Of a stretch of DNA of 54,614 nt, positions 37,529 to 46,373 are shown one piece after another; position 1 is the stretch's first letter, and the number at the start of each line of letters is the position of its first letter. The DNA is from a bacterium (lineage in GTDB: Bacteria; Babelota; Babeliae; Babelales; JAUWHS01), in the NCBI GenBank assembly GCA_043818275.1, contig JBDRFY010000069.1, forward strand, positions 1-54,614, given 5' to 3'. Under the pieces are notes generated by a model. It searched no databases. It was not told the DNA's origin and saw nothing but the letters and a program-made list of their open reading frames with translations. The translations under genes and the position numbers were made by a program.

Positions 37529-38953
37529 ATGTACAAAAAAAAGATGCACATTCATTTTATAGGAATTGGTGGAATCGGTATGAGTGGCATTGCCGAAATC
37601 CTAAAATTAAAGGGTTACACTGTTTCCGGTTGCGATGAAACAAAAAATTCAAAAACAATTGACCGCTTAAAAAAAATCGGCTGCGAAATTTATCACAAAC
37701 ACAATAAAACACATATTAAAAATGCAGACGTTTTAGTTTATTCATCAGCTGTTAATAAAAAGAATGAAGAAGTTTGCTCTGCAATACAAAAGGGTATTCC
37801 TGTAATTCCCCGCGCGATAATGTTAGCCGAACTTATGCGTACAAAATATGGGGTGGCAATTTCAGGAACTCATGGTAAAACAACAACAACATCCATGATT
37901 TCACATATTTTTATTGAATCAAAAATGGATCCGACAGTAATTATCGGTGGTATATTAAAAAATATATCGGCTAATGCAAAACTGGGCAATGGGAAAATGC
38001 TGATAGCAGAAGTAGATGAAAGTGATAAATCATTACTTTATCTAAATCCAACGATGGCAATTGTAACAAATATTGAAGCAGAACACTTGGATACTTACAA
38101 GAATTTATCCGATATCCAAAAAACGTTTAAAGATTTTTTGGCCCGCCTACCTTTTTACGGAAAAGCATTTTTATGTATAGATGATCCAAATATAAAATCA
38201 ATTTTACCTCTACCCCACATAAACACAATAAAATATGGATTTGACGAGTCCGCTGACATTATTGGAAAAATTTTAACGATGGAAAAAACAGGTTCCACAT
38301 TTGAGATCTTCAAAAAAAATAAATTTATAAACAACACAATTAAATATGAAAAAATAAAACTTGGCACAATAAAATTAAACATGCCGGGTGAACATAATAT
38401 TTTAAACGCTCTGGCAGCAATAGCTCTAAGCCTGGAGTTTGAAATTTCATTCAATAAAATTCAGAAAGCATTAAAAAATTTTAAGGGTGTTGAACGAAGA
38501 TTTGAATTTAAAGGAATGTTTAATGGAGCGGAAATTTTTGATGATTATGGACATCATCCCACAGAAATTAAAAATACTTTAAAAGTTGCTCAAAAAAGAA
38601 AACAAAATAAGCTTCATGTAATCTTTCAGCCGCATCGTTTTACAAGAACACAAAAATTATGGGATGATTTTGTAAATATTTTTGCTGATTCTAATAACAA
38701 TTATAAAATAGATTCTCTTTATCTGGCAGATATATACCCTGCAAGTGAAAATCCAATTGATGGAATTACAAGCCAAAATTTAACCCTGGCCATTCAGAAA
38801 AAAAATCCTAATATCAAAATTTTCTATGCGCCAACTTATAATCAAATTCAAAAAGAAGTTGAAAAACATCTAAACACAGGTGATTTACTACTGACCGTTG
38901 GAGCAGGAAAAGCAAATATTATTGGTGAAAATCTGGTTAAAAAATCAACTTAA
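37529..38953 (+). CDS. murC: UDP-N-acetylmuramate--L-alanine ligase
   Basis: HFIGIGGIGMSGIA, GTHGKTTTT, EVDESD, DDYGHHPTEI, FQPHRFTRT. Confidence 0.97.
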   Translation: MYKKKMHIHFIGIGGIGMSGIAEILKLKGYTVSGCDETKNSKTIDRLKKIGCEIYHKHNKTHIKNADVLVYSSAVNKKNEEVCSAIQKGIPVIPRAIMLAELMRTKYGVAISGTHGKTTTTSMISHIFIESKMDPTVIIGGILKNISANAKLGNGKMLIAEVDESDKSLLYLNPTMAIVTNIEAEHLDTYKNLSDIQKTFKDFLARLPFYGKAFLCIDDPNIKSILPLPHINTIKYGFDESADIIGKILTMEKTGSTFEIFKKNKFINNTIKYEKIKLGTIKLNMPGEHNILNALAAIALSLEFEISFNKIQKALKNFKGVERRFEFKGMFNGAEIFDDYGHHPTEIKNTLKVAQKRKQNKLHVIFQPHRFTRTQKLWDDFVNIFADSNNNYKIDSLYLADIYPASENPIDGITSQNLTLAIQKKNPNIKIFYAPTYNQIQKEVEKHLNTGDLLLTVGAGKANIIGENLVKKST

Positions 38954-39157
38954 ATATTTGTGAACCAAACGCTTAACCCATTTTATTTTTGTTTTTGCAA
39001 GCCAGGAATTTTTATCTATTTCTAATGCAAAAAATCCCCCGAAAAAACCCATGATTAAGAAAAAAACAACCGGCGTGATGAAAAAAATTAATAAAAAAAG
39101 CAAAATTGTTTTTAACACAATAATCATAAAACAATGTCCCTTTCTAATAAAACTCAA
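38945..39157 (-). CDS. Small membrane hypothetical protein
   Basis: Long hydrophobic stretch; start overlaps the upstream stop; true start uncertain. Confidence 0.45.
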   Translation of the reverse strand: MSFIRKGHCFMIIVLKTILLFLLIFFITPVVFFLIMGFFGGFFALEIDKNSWLAKTKIKWVKRLVHKYLS

Positions 39158-39684
39158 ACAACTGAAGTTAATTTTTTAAAATTAATATCTCTGATTTTGT
39201 TATCTTCTGTTTTTAAATTCCTATTCACAAAAATACATAATTTTGTTTTTTTTGATTTATTTTGTTCGCCTCTAATAGAGATAACACAAGAACGGCTTTG
39301 TTTATTACAAACAAGTAAAGCTTCATTTTGATTTGAAAAATTATTTATGTCCCACCCCAAAATTTCCATATTTTCCAAATAAAATTTCAAACTTTTATCC
39401 AGATCCCTTTGGCCAATTAAACAAAGATAATCTGAATTATCACAATTTTGAGATAAAATATTTTTTTTAATATCCAGAAATTCATATCCAAGAGGTACTG
39501 GTATATCTGAATATTTTGCGAGCTTTTCCCGATTATAAGAATTTTGATCTACAAAGTTTTGATTTTTTTCTTTAGAACAAGAAGAAAGAACAAATAAAAA
39601 CAACAAAAAAATCGTTTTTATTTTTTTTAAGAATATAGCCCAAACCGGGATACAACTACTGGGATCAGGTTCCTGAATTTCCAT
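39154..39684 (-). CDS. Putative lipoprotein
   Basis: KKIKTIFLLFLFVLSSC lipobox-like; DIPVP...FY..NME.LGW; start uncertain (ATG 39684 chosen). Confidence 0.6.
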   Translation of the reverse strand: MEIQEPDPSSCIPVWAIFLKKIKTIFLLFLFVLSSCSKEKNQNFVDQNSYNREKLAKYSDIPVPLGYEFLDIKKNILSQNCDNSDYLCLIGQRDLDKSLKFYLENMEILGWDINNFSNQNEALLVCNKQSRSCVISIRGEQNKSKKTKLCIFVNRNLKTEDNKIRDINFKKLTSVV

Positions 39685-39705
39685 AAAAAAACTCGCTAAA
39701 TAAAT

Positions 39706-39757
39706 TAAGCTCAACTTTTTAACTTAATATTAAATAACATTAAAAAAGTTGAGCTTA
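39706..39757 (-). terminator. Hairpin downstream of rplS
   Basis: TAAGCTCAACTTTTTAA / TTAAAAAAGTTGAGCTTA inverted repeat. Confidence 0.55.
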
Positions 39758-39764
39758 TATAAAA

Positions 39765-40211
39765 TTACTCTTTTCCAGATTCTGTAATTTCCACAACTTC
39801 AGGTGCAACAATGTCTTCTATTCCTTCGGTATTTAAACCTTGTTTTTTCGTTGTAATTTTTTCTTTAATTTTTGTCGCTTTACCAACAAGATCCCGCAAA
39901 TAATATAATTTTGCTCTACGAACAACACCCCTTTTAACCAATGATATATCTTTAATCATAGGAGTGTGATAAGGAAAAATTCTTTCTACCCCAACTCCAT
40001 TTGCGCCAATTCTTCGAACGGTAAACGTTGAAGCAATTCCATTGTTATGTATTGCAATAACATCTCCCTGATACATCTGAATTCTTTCCTTGCCCCCTTC
40101 TTTTACTTTTTGGGCAACTTTAACTGTATCTCCAACTTTAAATTTTGGAAACTTTCTATCCTGGACCTTATAATCAAGAACAGTTTCTTTTGTAAGAAAA
40201 CTAGCTTTCAT
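39765..40211 (-). CDS. rplS: 50S ribosomal protein L19
   Basis: [39 protein letters not shown]. Confidence 0.98.
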   Translation of the reverse strand: MKASFLTKETVLDYKVQDRKFPKFKVGDTVKVAQKVKEGGKERIQMYQGDVIAIHNNGIASTFTVRRIGANGVGVERIFPYHTPMIKDISLVKRGVVRRAKLYYLRDLVGKATKIKEKITTKKQGLNTEGIEDIVAPEVVEITESGKE

Positions 40212-40301
40212 TGTATGCCTTACCTTATCAATAACCTTTTAATCTCTATTAAAAACTTGTGCTATTCAATATAACTAATCTATAATTTTTATCAACCAAA
40301 C

Positions 40302-41684
40302 TTACTTATTTATCTTAATATCGCTTACTTTTAATCTTTTTTTCAATTGCTCAATGTACGTTTTTTTTGGCTGCAACCCTAAAAAACGATCCATAATTAT
40401 AGCCGCAGCGCTTCTAACTGAAAGGTGATTATAATCAGTTAATCCTTCAATAGGCAATAATAAATAATCACTTCTTTGCAAAATTTCATCACTCAAGCCT
40501 TGCCCTGTTCCAAATAGAAACAAAACAGGCTTTTTTTGTTTCCAAACAAGACCCTGAGAATTAAAATCTATTTTTTCCTTATGTTCAAAATCTTTGGCTG
40601 AAGTTGTAATAATAATTGGATCGGTACCTTCTTTTTCTCTTATTTGTTTTATAACATCATCTAACGACCTTGCTGGCAATACTCTTTCAACCGCCTGATA
40701 GCGGGATAAATTATATTCTTTGCCTATATCCGATAACCAAAAATTTAAAAATTCTTTTAAAATTTTCAGTTGATCTTCAATTTTTGTGACCACAAAATAA
40801 TTTTTAATTCCATAAGTTTTACCTGATCGCGCAATATCATGAATATCCAAAGATGTGATTGACGTGTTTCCAGATTTATTATTAACAATAACATCGGTAT
40901 GCATCAAAGCTACGTAGTGGTTTGGAATAAACTTGTTGCAAAGATCAACGACAGCCCTCGTTAACTCCTGACTTCTTAACCAGTCAAACCGATTTAATAA
41001 TGTTTTTTCACAGGATTGTTCTTTTCGCCAATTTTCAATTTTTGCGTGATCACCGGATAAAAGAATTTCTGGAATTTGTTCACCCTTCCATTCTTTAGGC
41101 AAACCAAATTGCGGATAATCCAAAAAAGGAGTCTGAAATGATTCCTTTTCAACAGATTCAGTCTTTCCAACCACTCCAGAAATTAATCTTAAAAAAGCTT
41201 CTATAAAAACTTGCGCCGGTAAATCTCCGCCCATTAAAACGTAGTCACCAATTGATAAAACCAAATCCGCATAATGTTGCTCAACCCGATCATCAATTCC
41301 TTCATATCTGGCGCAAACTAAAATTATATGTTGAGTATTTTTTGATACATTCCCACCTAACGGATTACCAACAAATTCTTCAACAAATGTATTTAAAATT
41401 TTCTGATCAATTTTTTGTCCCTGGGCTGAAAAGAAAACTTTAAATCCTGGCCCCCATTTTTTCTCGCTTTGCTCAATTGCCGCCTGGATAACCTCCGGTT
41501 TTATAATCATACCCACGCCCGGTCCACAAGTTGGCTCGTCCATTCTTTTTTTGGGCTCAACCAAATCGGAAAAACGAATTAAATTAAATTCAACGATTCC
41601 GTTTTTAATAGCCCGGTCAACTAAGCTGATTTTAATAAACGAATCATAAATTTCTGGAAAAACAGATAATATTGAAATTTTCAT
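40302..41684 (-). CDS. trmD: tRNA (guanine-N1)-methyltransferase TrmD fused to a second SPOUT-type (DUF2168-like) domain
   Basis: RYEGIDDR and SIGDYVLMGGD; C-terminal domain YVALMH...LDIHDIARS..TYG...LFGTGQGL...YNHLSVRSAAAIIMDR. Confidence 0.93.
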   Translation of the reverse strand: MKISILSVFPEIYDSFIKISLVDRAIKNGIVEFNLIRFSDLVEPKKRMDEPTCGPGVGMIIKPEVIQAAIEQSEKKWGPGFKVFFSAQGQKIDQKILNTFVEEFVGNPLGGNVSKNTQHIILVCARYEGIDDRVEQHYADLVLSIGDYVLMGGDLPAQVFIEAFLRLISGVVGKTESVEKESFQTPFLDYPQFGLPKEWKGEQIPEILLSGDHAKIENWRKEQSCEKTLLNRFDWLRSQELTRAVVDLCNKFIPNHYVALMHTDVIVNNKSGNTSITSLDIHDIARSGKTYGIKNYFVVTKIEDQLKILKEFLNFWLSDIGKEYNLSRYQAVERVLPARSLDDVIKQIREKEGTDPIIITTSAKDFEHKEKIDFNSQGLVWKQKKPVLFLFGTGQGLSDEILQRSDYLLLPIEGLTDYNHLSVRSAAAIIMDRFLGLQPKKTYIEQLKKRLKVSDIKINK

Positions 41685-41748
41685 TATTAATACAAAAAGC
41701 ACCACCAAATAATGGCAGTGCTTTAATTTTAATTATTATAAAATTTTA

Positions 41749-41982
41749 TCATTCTAAAATTTCAAGAACAGCTCTTTTGTGATCTTTTGCAGCTGCTGCA
41801 TGAACTAATGTTCTAATTGCTCTGGCGGTTCTGCCTTCTTTTCCAATAACTTTTCCGAGATCTTCGGATGCGACTCTAAGTTCAATAATTGTAGCCTGTT
41901 CCCCACTTACTTCGTTAACTACGACAGCTTCTGGTCTATCAACCAATCTTTTAACTATTAATTCAACTAAGTCTTTTAACAT
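41749..41982 (-). CDS. khpA: KH-domain RNA-binding protein KhpA
   Basis: [17 protein letters not shown]; conserved position after rpsP. Confidence 0.93.
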   Translation of the reverse strand: MLKDLVELIVKRLVDRPEAVVVNEVSGEQATIIELRVASEDLGKVIGKEGRTARAIRTLVHAAAAKDHKRAVLEILE

Positions 41983-42045
41983 TTACGTTTACCTCTCAAC
42001 AATAACAAACAACGTTCAATCAACACATGAAACTTACTAGCCTAA

Positions 42046-42369
42046 TCAGCTTTCAGCCTCTTTTTCAATTTTTTCTTTAGTCTTAGATTTTGTTTCTTTG
42101 CCGGTTTTTTTAACAGATTGAGTTTTACCAGAAGCTCTTTTTTTTAATTTAATCAATTTTAAAACAGCATCAGAACAAATCGCTCCTTTGCCAACCCAAT
42201 CACCTATCAGATCAACATGTAATTTTTGTATTTCATGTTTAATCGGATCATAAGAACCTAAATTTTCAAGAAACGCGCCATCACGTTTTTTTCTTGAATC
42301 AACCGCAATCACACGCCAATGAGGACGATTTTTTCTACCAACACGGCTCAAGCGAATTTTAACTGACAT
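42046..42369 (-). CDS. rpsP: 30S ribosomal protein S16
   Basis: VKIRLSRVG, DSRKKRDG..LENLGSYDP. Confidence 0.97.
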   Translation of the reverse strand: MSVKIRLSRVGRKNRPHWRVIAVDSRKKRDGAFLENLGSYDPIKHEIQKLHVDLIGDWVGKGAICSDAVLKLIKLKKRASGKTQSVKKTGKETKSKTKEKIEKEAES

Positions 42370-42424
42370 ATTTGAAAAATCCTTTCTGGAAAAACAAACA
42401 ACATTTCATAAATCGTATCAAATT

Positions 42425-43756
42425 TTACCTGAAAAACTTATTGAGTTTTCCATACGTCTTAAACATTTTAGCAAATTGACGACTTTGATCAAATCTTTCT
42501 AACAATCGATTAATATCCTGAACCAAAACCCCCGCTCCCTTTGCAATTCGCTGCTTTCTGGATGCATTTAAAATATCAGGCATTAACCGTTCTTTAATTG
42601 TCATTGAAGAAATTATCGACTTAAAGCTTTTCATCTCCTCTTGCCCTTTTTCAAGCATTTCAGAAGATACAGAACCCATTCCGGGTAACATTTTAACCAA
42701 CCCTTGTAGCGAACCCATTTTATTTACCATACCCATCTGATCCGCAAAATCCTGCAAGGTAAACTTTCCGCTAAACATTCTACCTGAAATATTTTCCTGC
42801 GATTTTAAATCAATTTTTTCACTGGCTTTCTCAATTAATGTAAGAATATCTCCCATCCCTAAAATTCTGGAAGCCATTCTTTCCGATATAAAAGATTCAA
42901 GATCATCAATTTTTTCACCTGAGCCAACAAAAGCTATCGGTTTTTTTAAGGCATATCTAAAAGCAAATGCTGCCCCACCACGGGTATCACTGTCCATTTT
43001 ACTTAAAATTGAATAATCAAATCCAATTGATTTATCAAAAGTTTTCGCCACATTTAAAGATTCCTGACCAGTCATTGCATCTAAAACCAGAAATTTATAT
43101 TTAGGAAAAATCAGTTTATTAATTTGCTGTAATTCAGTCATCATCTTATCATCTATATGAAACCTTCCCGCGGTATCCAAAAATAACAATTCATAACTAT
43201 TGGATTTAAAATATTTATAAATTTCATCCGCCGCAGCTAATACATTTGTATTTTTTGATTCATAAAAATCAACATTAATTTGCTTACTTAATATCTTTAG
43301 TTGTTCAATAGCGGCTGGTCTATAAAAATCCACAGAAGATAAAAGAATCCTTCTTTGCTTTCCTTTTTTTTTGGCCGCAGATAAAACCCAGTTTGCTATT
43401 TTGGCAATTGTTGTGGTTTTACCGCTGCCCTGCAATCCCATAACCATAACAACTGAAGGAATCTGAAATGAAATAGAATCTAAATTTTGTTTCCCGCCCA
43501 AAAAATCCAACAATTTATCATGAACTATTTTTATAAATTGCTGACCGGCATTTAAGGATGTCGTAATTTTTTTACCAACTGATTCATTTTTTATCTGATC
43601 TAAAAACTCCTCAACTAATTCCAGAGGGACGTCTGCTTCCAGCAAAGCATCCTTTACCTGATTCAAGGCATCCTGAATATTTTTTTCGGTTAAAGAACTT
43701 TTTCCTTTAACCCAGGACAAAACACCATTAAATTTTTGAGATAAAAAATCAAACAT
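42425..43756 (-). CDS. ffh: Signal recognition particle protein Ffh
   Basis: ALLEADV, GLQGSGKTTT, DTAGR, DAMTGQ, RILGMGD, M domain SRKQRIAKGAG. Confidence 0.97.
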   Translation of the reverse strand: MFDFLSQKFNGVLSWVKGKSSLTEKNIQDALNQVKDALLEADVPLELVEEFLDQIKNESVGKKITTSLNAGQQFIKIVHDKLLDFLGGKQNLDSISFQIPSVVMVMGLQGSGKTTTIAKIANWVLSAAKKKGKQRRILLSSVDFYRPAAIEQLKILSKQINVDFYESKNTNVLAAADEIYKYFKSNSYELLFLDTAGRFHIDDKMMTELQQINKLIFPKYKFLVLDAMTGQESLNVAKTFDKSIGFDYSILSKMDSDTRGGAAFAFRYALKKPIAFVGSGEKIDDLESFISERMASRILGMGDILTLIEKASEKIDLKSQENISGRMFSGKFTLQDFADQMGMVNKMGSLQGLVKMLPGMGSVSSEMLEKGQEEMKSFKSIISSMTIKERLMPDILNASRKQRIAKGAGVLVQDINRLLERFDQSRQFAKMFKTYGKLNKFFR

Positions 43757-43837
43757 TATTACAAATCCAAATTAAAAAAATGAATTAATTTAAATAAACA
43801 GAAACATCAATTTACATTAAAATTAAAGAATTTAAAG

Positions 43838-43875
43838 TCCTTCGACTTCGCTTGCGCTACGCTCAGAATGAGCGG
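43838..43875 (+). repeat. CCTTCGAC...GCTCAG family short palindromic repeat
   Basis: TCCTTCGACTTCGCTTGCGCTACGCTCAGAATGAGCGG. Confidence 0.7.
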
Positions 43876-43884
43876 ACGAAGAAT

Positions 43885-43944
43885 GGCCTGCCATCCAAAG
43901 CCTATACATCTTTTGCTAAACTTCAACGTGAAGGCGTAGGATGG
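43885..43944 (-). repeat. tRNA-3' palindromic repeat overlapping the tRNA-Phe CCA
   Basis: tRNA sense reads CCATCCTACGCCT...AGGCTTTGGATGGCAGGCC, same layout as after tRNA-Ala. Confidence 0.7.
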
Positions 43945-44017
43945 TGCCGGGAGACGGAGTTGAACCGACGACACAAAGATTTTCAGTCTTCTGCTCTACC
44001 ACCTGAGCTATCCCGGC
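43942..44017 (-). tRNA. tRNA-Phe(GAA)
   Basis: 76 nt GCCGGGATAGCTCAGGTGGTAGAGC...CTGAAAA loop...GGTTCAACTCC...CCCGGCACCA. Confidence 0.96.
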
Positions 44018-44210
44018 ATAATTTGATTGAAAAAAATGTCAGTTTTTTAAAGATTTCATGTTAAAAATCGTACAATTTCACTTAATTTATGTCAACTTAA
44101 ATTTTAATCTATCCAAAAACAACAATCTTTTTGTAAAAATCTTAAAAAATGATATCATCGAGAACGTTATAAAGCCATTAAAAAAACGGGTTGTTTTTTA
44201 AATTCAGGGT

Positions 44211-45260
44211 ATGAAAATGCATGATCTTAAAGAAAAAATTAAAATTCTTACAAGCGAATTAGATGATCAATTACAAAAAATAATCGAATCAAATAACTTT
44301 AAACAACTCGAAGAAATCAGAATTCATTTTATAGGTAAAAAAGGAAAAATAACTTCTTTAATGTCTGAAATAAAAAATTTAACACCTGATGATAAAAAAG
44401 AATTCGGACCACTTTTAAATAATTTAAAAAATGATGCTGATGAAAAAATAAAAAATGCTAAAGAAATAATCATTGAAAATCAGACAAAAGCAGAAATATT
44501 AAAAAAACACAATTTCGATGTAACTGCTTACAAAACAAATCAAAAAAAAGGTCATCTTCATCCCTACTCACAATTCATAGAAGAAATTGAAAACATTTTT
44601 ATTTCAATGGGTTATGAAATTTTGGATGGTCCGGAAGTAGATACTGATTTTTATAATTTTACCGCGCTTAATGTTCCGCTTGATCATCCGGCAAGAGATA
44701 TGTATGACACTTTTTGGTTAAATAAAAAAGATTATTTACTTCGAACTCATACATCAACAATGCAAATTCATACAATGCAAAAACAAAAACCGCCAATTGC
44801 GGCAGTAGTTCCCGGAAGAACATTTAGGCATGAAGCAGTTGACGCATCTCATGATACTCAATTTATGCAATGTGAAGGTTTTTTTATCGCTGAAAATGTT
44901 ACACTGTCTCATCTTTTTGCAACCGCAAAAACATTTTTACAAAAATTATTTAAAACAGAAAATCTTGACATAAGAATCAGGCCTGGTTTTTTTCCTTTCG
45001 TTGAACCGGGCGTGGAAATAGATATGCGGTGCCCTTTTTGTAAGAATGGTTGTTCTGTTTGCAAAAAAACAACCTGGATAGAAGTTTTTCCGGGTGGATT
45101 AATTCATCCAAATGTGTTAAAATTCGGCGGGATTAATCCAGAAATATATTCTGGCTTTGCGTTTGGATTTGGCTTAACTCGTCTCGTAATGCTTCGATAC
45201 GGAATAAATGACATCAGGCTTTTAAGCAATGGAAAAATAAATTTTTTAGAACAATTTTAA
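44211..45260 (+). CDS. pheS: Phenylalanine--tRNA ligase alpha subunit
   Basis: HPARDMYDTF, LLRTHTS, FFPFVEPGVE, GFAFGFG..RL.MLRYGI.DIR. Confidence 0.98.
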   Translation: MKMHDLKEKIKILTSELDDQLQKIIESNNFKQLEEIRIHFIGKKGKITSLMSEIKNLTPDDKKEFGPLLNNLKNDADEKIKNAKEIIIENQTKAEILKKHNFDVTAYKTNQKKGHLHPYSQFIEEIENIFISMGYEILDGPEVDTDFYNFTALNVPLDHPARDMYDTFWLNKKDYLLRTHTSTMQIHTMQKQKPPIAAVVPGRTFRHEAVDASHDTQFMQCEGFFIAENVTLSHLFATAKTFLQKLFKTENLDIRIRPGFFPFVEPGVEIDMRCPFCKNGCSVCKKTTWIEVFPGGLIHPNVLKFGGINPEIYSGFAFGFGLTRLVMLRYGINDIRLLSNGKINFLEQF

Positions 45261-45284
45261 AATCTCACAGAAGGATCAGGAGTA

Positions 45285-46214
45285 ATGAAAGTAACAAAAG
45301 CAATTATTCCTGCAGCGGGTTTAGGTACCAGATTTTTACCTGCTAGCAAAATAACTCCTAAAGAACTTCTTCCTGTTTTTGATAAACCTGCAATTCAATA
45401 TGTCGTCGAAGAAGGAGTTAAATCAGGAATTAAAAATTTCATCATAATATCAAGCAGAAATAAAAAAACAATCGAGGATCATTTTGATTTTTTTCCGGAA
45501 CTCGAAGAAAAATTAAAAAAGCAGGGTAAAGAAAATTTAATATCTACCCTTTCTGGCATAATTAAAAATACAAGCTTTACTTACGTAAGACAAAATGAAC
45601 CACTTGGTCTTGGACATGCTATTTGGGCTGCCAGGCATAATGTTGGTAAAGAACATGTAGCAATTTTTTTACCCGATGACATAATTGATAACCCAATTCC
45701 CGGAATGGCTCAACTTATAAAAGTTGCAACACAAGAAAAATGTAATGTCATCGCAGTACAGGAAATTCCCAAAGAACAAGTATCCAAATATGGAATAATT
45801 GACATCAGAAAACAATTTTCGCCAAATCTTTTTCAGGTAAAAGAATTAGTGGAAAAACCTGATCCTACAAAAGCTCCTTCAAATTTAGCTATTGTTGGAA
45901 GATATGTTTTATCATCAAATATATTTGAAGCTTTAGATGATCTAAAAATTGGCGCAAATAATGAAATTCAGTTAACTGACGGAATTCAAAATTTAATTTT
46001 ATCTGGTGAAAAAGTTTTCGCTTATCGTATGCAAGGTACAAGATATGACGTTGGAAATCCGTTAGGTCTTTTAAAGGCTAGCATAAATTTCGGATTAAAA
46101 CATCCTGAATACTCAGACCTGGTTGTTAAACATTTATCTGAATTAGATAAAGAACTCTTGCTCCTTCAGGGACGGATGGAGATTATCAAAAAACAAAGAA
46201 TTGCTAATCTTTAA
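45285..46214 (+). CDS. galU: UTP--glucose-1-phosphate uridylyltransferase
   Basis: KAIIPAAGLGTRFLPA, PKELLP..DKP.IQY, PLGLGHA, VEKP, EIQLTD. Confidence 0.95.
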   Translation: MKVTKAIIPAAGLGTRFLPASKITPKELLPVFDKPAIQYVVEEGVKSGIKNFIIISSRNKKTIEDHFDFFPELEEKLKKQGKENLISTLSGIIKNTSFTYVRQNEPLGLGHAIWAARHNVGKEHVAIFLPDDIIDNPIPGMAQLIKVATQEKCNVIAVQEIPKEQVSKYGIIDIRKQFSPNLFQVKELVEKPDPTKAPSNLAIVGRYVLSSNIFEALDDLKIGANNEIQLTDGIQNLILSGEKVFAYRMQGTRYDVGNPLGLLKASINFGLKHPEYSDLVVKHLSELDKELLLLQGRMEIIKKQRIANL

Positions 46215-46299
46215 AATTGTAATTTTATTCCTCATATCTTTTTCTTATTTAATCATTATGTTAAATTAACCTAAGTTATGTTTAAAATATAATAACGAG

Positions 46300-46335
46300 A
46301 TCCTGAACTTCGATCCTGACGAGAAGTCTCAGGAT
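46300..46335. repeat. Short imperfect palindrome upstream of the 46374 gene
   Basis: ATCCTGAACTTC ... GAAGTCTCAGGAT. Confidence 0.5.
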
Positions 46336-46373
46336 ATAAACAATGAATTCACCTCATTTCTAAAGGGAGAAAA

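Noticed and set aside
39635-39690. GC-richer segment with a TCAGGTTCCTGA mini-hairpin as a possible SRP or 6S RNA
   Set aside because: No SRP core motif or long 6S-like stem visible; it reads in frame with the lipoprotein gene
43955-43971. U-U mismatch in the tRNA-Phe T-stem as evidence of a pseudogene
   Set aside because: Single mismatch; all other conserved elements intact
43852-44064. 70-aa ORF spanning tRNA-Phe
   Set aside because: Antisense to the tRNA and repeats; typical spurious tRNA-derived ORF
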